Below are positions 55,876-62,792 of a stretch of 64,000 bases of DNA, piece after piece. Where the stretch lies: IMG/VR virus record IMGVR_UViG_3300026549_000005, positions 1 through 64,000 of that record; one strand, 5' to 3'. This DNA is from a virus. A program made the position numbers and the translations under genes. Position 1 is the first letter of the stretch, and each line of letters opens with the position of its first letter. The notes beneath the pieces were generated by a model. It was not told the DNA's origin. It saw only the letters and a program-made list of their open reading frames with translations, and searched no databases.

Positions 55876-56588
55876 AATAAAGGTAAATTATTCTTTTTTA
55901 TACCTTTATTCCACGGAATACAACCTTTCTTTCTACCAACATTTTTCCTTTGTTCTGCATTCAACTTCACCCCTTTATTCCAAGCAACTTGCCCTTTATG
56001 TGATTTTTTCAAATTTTCAATATGCTCTTTTGAAAAAACCCTGCCTTTTGCCGATTCAGATATTTTCTTTTTAGTTTCTTCACTATGTTTTCTACCCTTT
56101 TGAGATTGACTCATGTGCAATCTTGCTAAATCTGAAGGTATTTTTCCTAAATGGGCATTCCTATTTTTTAATTTTGTTCTTTCACTATGCTTTTTCCCAT
56201 AAAATCCATTTTTAGAACCATAATTAGCACATTTTTCAGATAATAACTTTTTAGTCTTTTCACTATGATGCTTACCATAAAACGGGTTTAATTCGCCACA
56301 ACCAATTCCACCATCACCACCTGCTGAAATGTTATATTCTGCTTTACCTTCACCACGACATAAAGCAATGAAAACTTTTTCCAAAATATTTACATTTTCT
56401 TTTGTTTCTGTAATTGCTAAAATTTCTTTTGAAAAAATTTCTAACCCATACTTTTCTTTAGCAAGTTTTAATTTACAACCTGAACCCATATATTTATCTG
56501 TTTCAGGTGTTTTATTAGCAGGACACTTTCTTTGCCCTATATATGTTTTCCCATTAATATTGTTTGTTATACAATAAATATAAAACAT
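55869..56588 (-). CDS. free-standing GIY-YIG homing endonuclease with NUMOD3-type repeats
   Basis: FYIYCITNNINGKTYIGQ. Repeats GKHHSEKTKKLLSEK, GKKHSERTK, GRKHSEETKKKISE. The protein ends NLPLFE. TGATG overlap with the upstream gene. Confidence 0.85.
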   Translation of the reverse strand: MFYIYCITNNINGKTYIGQRKCPANKTPETDKYMGSGCKLKLAKEKYGLEIFSKEILAITETKENVNILEKVFIALCRGEGKAEYNISAGGDGGIGCGELNPFYGKHHSEKTKKLLSEKCANYGSKNGFYGKKHSERTKLKNRNAHLGKIPSDLARLHMSQSQKGRKHSEETKKKISESAKGRVFSKEHIENLKKSHKGQVAWNKGVKLNAEQRKNVGRKKGCIPWNKGIKKNNLPLFE

Positions 56589-57211
56589 CAGTTTCCTCTT
56601 ACACAAACGCTTGAAACACCTTTTATATTTTTCTTTACTTCAAAAACCCTATCCGCTATATCAATAAATTGATTCTCATGTGTGACCATAATTATTTCGA
56701 GTCCGAGTTTTGTAGATAACTGCCTAACAACTTCACAAACCCTACTCATCAAATCTTTACTTACAAATTTCATAGGTTCATCAAGTATCATCACATTATC
56801 ACAATTTGATGATAAAACATAACTAGCCAACCTTAATGCCCAACAAGTAACATCTACTACCCCGCCCCCGCTGGCATTCATAGGGTCAATTGGTCTGCCC
56901 GTTTTTTGTGATAGGAAAACTAATTCAGCATCAGTTTTACCCCTTGCAATATTAAACTGTAACTGAAATTCATATTCATTTGGAAAACAAGTTTCAAGTG
57001 CAAGATTTACAATATCTTCAATCTGAAATTTCAATTGTGATTGTGTATCTTGTGCCACTTTCTGCAAGAATGCCTGAGCCTGCTCCAACAACTTAATTCT
57101 ATTATTAAGATTATCGAGTGTTGTTTTATTCTGAATAAGGTTATTTTTAATCTGCTTTTTCATTCCCTTAGATTGCAGGAACAATTGTTTTACTCTGTTT
57201 ATATCCATCAT
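56588..57211 (-). CDS. SbcC/Rad50-like ATPase, C-terminal half only
   Basis: Short coiled coil, then signature ASGGG, Walker B MILDEP and H-loop VTHE. There is no Walker A. Confidence 0.75.
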   Translation of the reverse strand: MMDINRVKQLFLQSKGMKKQIKNNLIQNKTTLDNLNNRIKLLEQAQAFLQKVAQDTQSQLKFQIEDIVNLALETCFPNEYEFQLQFNIARGKTDAELVFLSQKTGRPIDPMNASGGGVVDVTCWALRLASYVLSSNCDNVMILDEPMKFVSKDLMSRVCEVVRQLSTKLGLEIIMVTHENQFIDIADRVFEVKKNIKGVSSVCVRGN

Positions 57212-57528
57212 AATTTATCACCAACACCTTCAGCTCTTTTACGATTCTTTTCAATACAACCCAAAATTGCTTTTTCAATATCAATGTTTTCTTTTCCCGC
57301 AATAATAAGGCAACAACAAATTATATCAGCAAGTTCTGATTCAAAATGAGGTTTTTGAAAATTATCCATTTCATAGGTATAAGCAGTATATGCCTCCATT
57401 GCCTCAATAACTTCAGTTGCAGTGTGTTTCAGCATACTTCTTGTATCGGTCTTAATATGCCCACCATTTTTATTTCTCAAATTAGCATTATTTAACGTTA
57501 CTTTACACAATTTATTCAAGTCCAACAT
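57208..57528 (-). CDS. MazG-like NTP pyrophosphohydrolase
   Basis: EVIEAMEAY ... ELADIICCCLIIAG. The start was moved to M17. Confidence 0.6.
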   Translation of the reverse strand: MLDLNKLCKVTLNNANLRNKNGGHIKTDTRSMLKHTATEVIEAMEAYTAYTYEMDNFQKPHFESELADIICCCLIIAGKENIDIEKAILGCIEKNRKRAEGVGDKL

Positions 57529-57529
57529 T

Positions 57530-57790
57530 TTATGCTCCCAATTCTTCTTCAAGTTTGTCCCAATCATATGAATCAAAAAGTTTGTTACTTAAAGTTTCCA
57601 AACGCTTATTTGAATTATCAAGTTCACCCTGCATTTCCTGCAACTTACCTTTTATTTCTTCAACATCATCAGTGCCAAATTTTTCTTTCCACTGCTTTTT
57701 AATACTTTCTTTTACACCCTGAGCCTTAGCCTTTTCAATCTCATTCTTATTAATCAAATCCTTAATTCTTTCTACTTCTTTTAGTTCCAT
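57530..57790 (-). CDS. coiled-coil protein (86 aa)
   Basis: ORF track. AAGGAG SD. Confidence 0.5.
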   Translation of the reverse strand: MELKEVERIKDLINKNEIEKAKAQGVKESIKKQWKEKFGTDDVEEIKGKLQEMQGELDNSNKRLETLSNKLFDSYDWDKLEEELGA

Positions 57791-58079
57791 ATTCTTCCAA
57801 CTCCTTTATTGTAAATTTCTGTAAACATACAGATTCAAGATATAATTCAAGAACCTTGTTCAAAGTTCTATATTTTGCGTATACTTCGCAAAGTTTACAT
57901 TTTTTAATTGATTCAAAATCAACTTCGTTTATATTTTTTTCAGTACAATTTTCAATCAATTTCCTGCAATGCTTTCTTTCTTCAAGACCATCAGCAATTG
58001 TCCGATAACCGAAAATCTTTTTAAGTAATTTTTTAGTTCGTTTCTGAATATCCGAACAATATACATCAACTATTTTCAC
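57762..58079 (-). CDS. hypothetical protein (105 aa)
   Basis: ORF track. Confidence 0.5.
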   Translation of the reverse strand: MKIVDVYCSDIQKRTKKLLKKIFGYRTIADGLEERKHCRKLIENCTEKNINEVDFESIKKCKLCEVYAKYRTLNKVLELYLESVCLQKFTIKELEEYGTKRSRKN

Positions 58080-58098
58080 ATTTACACCTCACTGTTTA

Positions 58099-58998
58099 TT
58101 ATAGATTTTCAGATTCAAATTCTTCTATCAAAGTTTTAACATTCTTTGAATTAACCATTGTTCCATGAATAAATACAAATTTACCCTTTGCTTTTTTATA
58201 GTAACTACTTCCACAATATCTAAAATGTGCTTTTCTAAAATGAGGTGTAACTGTATAACCACTACTTGATAATTTTACATTTTCCTTAACAACATCATTA
58301 GCTGATAAAATAAACTTTTTAGATTTATAACTATTTGAAATAAATCCTTTAGGTAATCCGTTTCTAACACAATCTGGAAAACATTCCATATACATTATTG
58401 TATTCAACATTAACTGCCAAACTTTCAAATCCATTTCATCAACATCAGACTTTGGATTTTTAAGAAAATCATTTGAACTATTTATCTGTGCATAATTTAT
58501 CCCCTCAATATAATCAAGTGTTAAAGTATCATCATCTTCAACAAAAACCGAAAATGTATATCCTTTATCCGTATTAGGTAAATGTAAACAAATTACAAAT
58601 TGCTTTTTTTCTTTAGCAATCTTTTTTTCAGTATCAGCAATAAAGACAGTTTCTGAATTATCGCTAATATATTTTTTAATTCCTTCTAAATCTTTCACAT
58701 TTAAATTTTCCAAAAATGTCAAAAGATTTTCAGTTTCCACAAAAATATGAAGCGACTTTCCCAATAAATCAGCACTAAATATTCCGTTAATTGCACCAAT
58801 AACAGTTTTAACATCAACATCATCACAAAGAGAACACCGCTCAATCTCAGCCAATTTTTGACTAAAAATCATTTGTCTGCAAATTTCAAAATCAAGCCCA
58901 CTTTCTTTTTGCAAAAATTTAATGTCATTTTTATCCAAATTATTATATAACGAATATAATTCAGTAAGACATTTACTATATTTTATTTTTGTTTTCAT
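58099..58998 (-). CDS. hypothetical protein (299 aa)
   Basis: ORF track. Confidence 0.55.
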   Translation of the reverse strand: MKTKIKYSKCLTELYSLYNNLDKNDIKFLQKESGLDFEICRQMIFSQKLAEIERCSLCDDVDVKTVIGAINGIFSADLLGKSLHIFVETENLLTFLENLNVKDLEGIKKYISDNSETVFIADTEKKIAKEKKQFVICLHLPNTDKGYTFSVFVEDDDTLTLDYIEGINYAQINSSNDFLKNPKSDVDEMDLKVWQLMLNTIMYMECFPDCVRNGLPKGFISNSYKSKKFILSANDVVKENVKLSSSGYTVTPHFRKAHFRYCGSSYYKKAKGKFVFIHGTMVNSKNVKTLIEEFESENL

Positions 58999-59002
58999 AC
59001 GT

Positions 59003-59863
59003 CTATACCTCCAACAATTCCTCTACAACTTCCTTTAATTCAGGCTCAAAATCATTACGCTTCATCATCGCCTCAACATTCGCAAGGAAATCAAGTGAAA
59101 CACCTTTTGTCTTTTTTAATTTATCCACAAAAGATTCAATCCTTTCATTACGCTGATTTTCCTGCAAAATGTATGAATCATCTATTAAATCTTCATTATC
59201 AATTATAGGAATAAACTCAACAATATTTTTATCTGTATCAACAAAATAAACCCCGCATTGATAATCTTTCATATCGCTTGCCTGCCTAAGCAAACAACCG
59301 CTATTTACAACGTGTCTACCCTTTTTTTCATAATGAAAGTTATGATGATAGTCACCCGTAAAAATCCATTTTGCGGTCGGGTATTTTTCAAGCAGGGATT
59401 CAGGAGTCTCGCAATCTACAAAGTCGGGTTTGTCTTCCTGCGGGATGGTCAAAGTGTGAATGAACATATAAGGCATTTCCAATCTTTCTTCATCAAAATT
59501 ACCCGCTGAAAATTCATCAGAATAATCTTCAATCTTAAATATGTTTTCACTATTAAAAAGAACCCCAATTGCTGATTTATCAAGATTTTCTGAATTGTGA
59601 TATGGCAAGTCGTGATTACCAGCAAGAATATACAAACCGCCTGCACAATCAGCCAATTTCTGCACCATACTTATACATTCAAAACTTGTATCTGAATTAG
59701 AATGGAATATATCACCAACTACCATTATTGGAGCATCCTTATCTTCAGATATTTTAAGTATCTGCCTTAATGCTTGTCTTTGTGTTTCCAACCAGTCATT
59801 GTCAACCCTGCAACGAGGTCTTGTTGCCCTTATGTGCCAATCTGCCGTTATTATCGCTCTCAT
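59003..59863 (-). CDS. SbcD/Mre11-like metallophosphoesterase nuclease
   Basis: ITADWHI, VVGDIFH, LAGNHD, TGDYHH. Confidence 0.8.
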   Translation of the reverse strand: MRAIITADWHIRATRPRCRVDNDWLETQRQALRQILKISEDKDAPIMVVGDIFHSNSDTSFECISMVQKLADCAGGLYILAGNHDLPYHNSENLDKSAIGVLFNSENIFKIEDYSDEFSAGNFDEERLEMPYMFIHTLTIPQEDKPDFVDCETPESLLEKYPTAKWIFTGDYHHNFHYEKKGRHVVNSGCLLRQASDMKDYQCGVYFVDTDKNIVEFIPIIDNEDLIDDSYILQENQRNERIESFVDKLKKTKGVSLDFLANVEAMMKRNDFEPELKEVVEELLEV

Positions 59864-59865
59864 AA

Positions 59866-60081
59866 TTACTCCTTATTCAACCAATCCATTGCCCTCTGCT
59901 TTGCGTATTCGTCAGAATTGTTAAGCAAGTCTTGAATAATTGTCTTTGCATATTCAAGACTTTCTTCCCTAGGCAATGCTCCCGTAATATAACCGTTTAC
60001 AAAAATCGGTCTATCTATCATAGATGTACATTTCCACTGTATAGTGTTTGTAGCTTCTTTTCTTAAACTTTCCTCTGTCAT
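59866..60081 (-). CDS. hypothetical protein (71 aa)
   Basis: ORF track. Confidence 0.5.
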   Translation of the reverse strand: MTEESLRKEATNTIQWKCTSMIDRPIFVNGYITGALPREESLEYAKTIIQDLLNNSDEYAKQRAMDWLNKE

Positions 60082-60130
60082 TTCACCTTCCCCTCAAAAA
60101 ATTTTCCATTCGTCCATTTCAATTGGTCTA

Positions 60131-60379
60131 TTACAACAAGGACAAATTGCAGGCAATTTCCCCTATGTATTTATATTCAACAAATCTTACCTTATCCCCA
60201 AATCGGTTTTCTGAATTTCTTTCAACATTCTGAATAACATAACCTTCATTACGCAACGTATAAATTATTGCTGATAACCTTGTTGCACCAAATTTTTCAA
60301 AAGCCTCCATTGAAGTTATGCTCTTATTTTCCTTGAGATATTCAAGAATTCTTCCCGTATTTCCACTATGCTTTTTCAT
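60131..60379 (-). CDS. winged-helix DNA-binding protein (82 aa)
   Basis: ILEYLKENKSITSMEAFEKFGATRLSAIIYTLRNEGYVI. Flanked by the duplicated hook-coding repeat. Confidence 0.6.
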   Translation of the reverse strand: MKKHSGNTGRILEYLKENKSITSMEAFEKFGATRLSAIIYTLRNEGYVIQNVERNSENRFGDKVRFVEYKYIGEIACNLSLL

Positions 60380-61427
60380 GTTTGCCTCCCTTGCATATAT
60401 TCATAGGATTACCGCACAAAGGACAAATTGCAGGTAATTGCTCCTGCAAACACTTAATATCTGCCACACTGTTTTCAATGTGCATTTCCTGAATTCCATA
60501 ATTATAAATTGATTGTTCCAAATCCTTAACTTTTACTTCCAATTCATCTGTATTAAAACTTTCAATTTTTGCAATAAGTTTCTTTTCTTCAGTAAAATCA
60601 GGATATTCCTTTATACTTTCAAATTCATCAATGCTTTCAGCCAACTGAGCGACCTGCTCGCCTAACTCCGTAGACCTCTGCATCCATTCCTCAACCTCAG
60701 CAACCAACTTCTTCTGCTTTTCCAAATCAAAAATTCTTTCTGAGCAGGATTCATAATCTGATAGTGATTTTTCAAGAAACATTACATCACTTTCAATCTG
60801 ATTTTTACGGTTTGAAACACGCTCATATTTTTCAATCAATATTTCAGCATCATCAAGCCATTCAAAAGCCTGCAACTTATCTTCACAATCTTTAATTTGT
60901 GCCTGAACATTTTTAATATCATTTTGTGTTTTTCTTCTTGTTGCTTCAGCATTAGTTAAAACCCTATCAATAACATCAAGCCTTACAACCTTATTAAAAT
61001 ATTTTGCAACTTCACCACTAGATTTTGAAAGAAGAAAAGGCTCATCAAGTTGTTTCTGAATGTTGGTATCAGATAAACACAAAGCCTGCTCCACTTCAGC
61101 AGGAACATCAGATTTTACAACATCAAGCACCTTACCATTCACAATGTACTGATTATCATTTTTAGTTCTTTTTCTTGTTACAGTGCCAAAATCATTTTCA
61201 ACTGTAACTGTCATTTCACTTTTCAAATCACCTTTATCATTCAATGCCCAATGACTTGCAAGTGTATCAATTCCCAAAGGTCTGTTATATCTTGCCCAAT
61301 ACAAGCCTCTAAGAATTGCTGATTTACCATTATTAGATGAACCAACAATTACATTTATTCCCTTATCAAAATCAAGCCTTGTATTTTCATGTGATTGAAT
61401 ATTTTTAAGTTCAATGCTTTTAATCAT
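60366..61427 (-). CDS. SbcC/Rad50-like ATPase, N-terminal half ending at a CxxC zinc hook
   Basis: Walker A GSSNNGKSA, about 200 aa of coiled coil, then LPAICPLCGNPM near the C-terminus. Confidence 0.8.
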   Translation of the reverse strand: MIKSIELKNIQSHENTRLDFDKGINVIVGSSNNGKSAILRGLYWARYNRPLGIDTLASHWALNDKGDLKSEMTVTVENDFGTVTRKRTKNDNQYIVNGKVLDVVKSDVPAEVEQALCLSDTNIQKQLDEPFLLSKSSGEVAKYFNKVVRLDVIDRVLTNAEATRRKTQNDIKNVQAQIKDCEDKLQAFEWLDDAEILIEKYERVSNRKNQIESDVMFLEKSLSDYESCSERIFDLEKQKKLVAEVEEWMQRSTELGEQVAQLAESIDEFESIKEYPDFTEEKKLIAKIESFNTDELEVKVKDLEQSIYNYGIQEMHIENSVADIKCLQEQLPAICPLCGNPMNICKGGKHEKA

Positions 61428-61440
61428 CAATAACTCCTAT

Positions 61441-61454
61441 ACCTTAATTATAGG
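61441..61454 (-). promoter_or_regulatory. class-2 motif variant CCTATAATTAAGGT
   Basis: Directly after a terminator and before the SD AGGAG. Confidence 0.45.
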
Positions 61455-61464
61455 AATTTAAAAT

Positions 61465-61497
61465 AAAAAAAAGGCACTGATTTTATTCAGTGCCTTT
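61465..61497 (-). terminator. rho-independent terminator
   Basis: AAGGCACTGA ... TCAGTGCCTT stem, followed on the minus strand by T8. Confidence 0.75.
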
Positions 61498-61501
61498 TCA
61501 A

Positions 61502-62234
61502 TCACAAATCAAATAATGGTGAATCAAAATAATCTTGTTGCTTTCCTAGCACAAAATCACAAATCCAATTTCTTGCATAATCTGAACTTATCATAGACCT
61601 TTCTTCTGAACACAAGCCCGCTCTACTTGCCATTTTACATTTCATTATTATTTTTTGCTCTTTATCTTTCTGATAACTAAATCCGTTTGTAGGTTCACAA
61701 TTCCAAAACCAATAAGCCGTAGGTTTCTTGAAATAATCACCACGCTCCATTCTATTCATATCAACAACATCAGGTGCTTTCAAAAAATTACCTTTAAGAA
61801 AAGTTTGTTCACTCCACGGATTCTCAAAAACCATTCTGATATTTTTATCTAAGCATACTGCAACAAATTTCACCAACCTATCAAAATATTCTTTACGGTT
61901 ATCAGACCTTTCCAAAATCTTTTCAATTTTTTCCCTAACAGTTAAACATCTATAATTTACATTTGTAAGATAAAATGCCGTTTGTGACATAGCACAAAAA
62001 TAAATGCAAGGATAAAAAGCAACAATCAAATCATCACTTTTTATCTCATCAAATACGGATTGCCCCCCCCCTATATGCTTTATCAATTTCTGAAAATAAA
62101 TCCATAACAAAATCAGTTTCACCAAAATTGTTTTGAATATCATAATCCATTGCATCAATTCCCAATTTCTTGAATTCATTTTTGAATGTTCCTGATTGTT
62201 CAAAGAAACAATGCACTTTACCTTTAATTTCCAT
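61502..62234 (-). pseudogene. DNA (cytosine-5)-methyltransferase-like gene split into two frames at a G9 tract
   Basis: Track ORFs 62049..62234 (FFEQSGTFKNEFKKLG...) and 61502..62203 (...AFYPCIYFCAMSQ, FENPW, ends SPLFDL) overlap across the tract. Removing one G joins them. Confidence 0.65.
62063..62071 (-). repeat. homopolymer G9 (C9 on the plus strand)
   Basis: Read directly. The length is confirmed by both track translations (YRGGA versus HIGGGQ). Confidence 0.85.
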
Positions 62235-62542
62235 TATTTTTTCACCACCATTGCTTTTACCCTAAACCCTGCACGATATAACTCATTTTGCAGTAAACAA
62301 ACCATCTGCTCATTATTTGATAATTCACCCAATCCACCACAATCCAAAACTGCATGAATCCACTCATGTATCAAAATTGATTCTTTCATTTCTTTTGGCA
62401 TATCCTGATTTATCGTTATAACTGCCATTTTTGAATCACTCCTGCCCATTGAAACATCAGTTCTTGAATTGCTTTCTACTTCCTTATAAAGAAAAGGAAC
62501 ACCACACACATCAACATAAACATCTTTTTCAATCAAACTCAT
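62234..62542 (-). CDS. small HExxH metallopeptidase-like protein (ImmA/IrrE-like)
   Basis: ILIHEWIHAVLD. Confidence 0.55.
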   Translation of the reverse strand: MSLIEKDVYVDVCGVPFLYKEVESNSRTDVSMGRSDSKMAVITINQDMPKEMKESILIHEWIHAVLDCGGLGELSNNEQMVCLLQNELYRAGFRVKAMVVKK

Positions 62543-62543
62543 T

Positions 62544-62792
62544 TTATTTTATTTCCTCCCAATGCCCTTTATGTTCATCTTCATAACAATCTTCACCTGC
62601 ATTGTAATCAACCCATTTCATTTTCCCTTGCTTTACTTTTTCAAGCAAATCTTCCAATTCAGTAATTCTTTCAACTGCACTCTTACATACACTTGAAACA
62701 ACAACGCAACAAGTTGGTGTAATCTTGTTTTTGTTTTCCTCAGCACATTTCAACAACGCACCTTTAATTTGCATTCTTTCTGAATCTGTCAT
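62544..62792 (-). CDS. hypothetical protein (82 aa)
   Basis: ORF track. Confidence 0.5.
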   Translation of the reverse strand: MTDSERMQIKGALLKCAEENKNKITPTCCVVVSSVCKSAVERITELEDLLEKVKQGKMKWVDYNAGEDCYEDEHKGHWEEIK

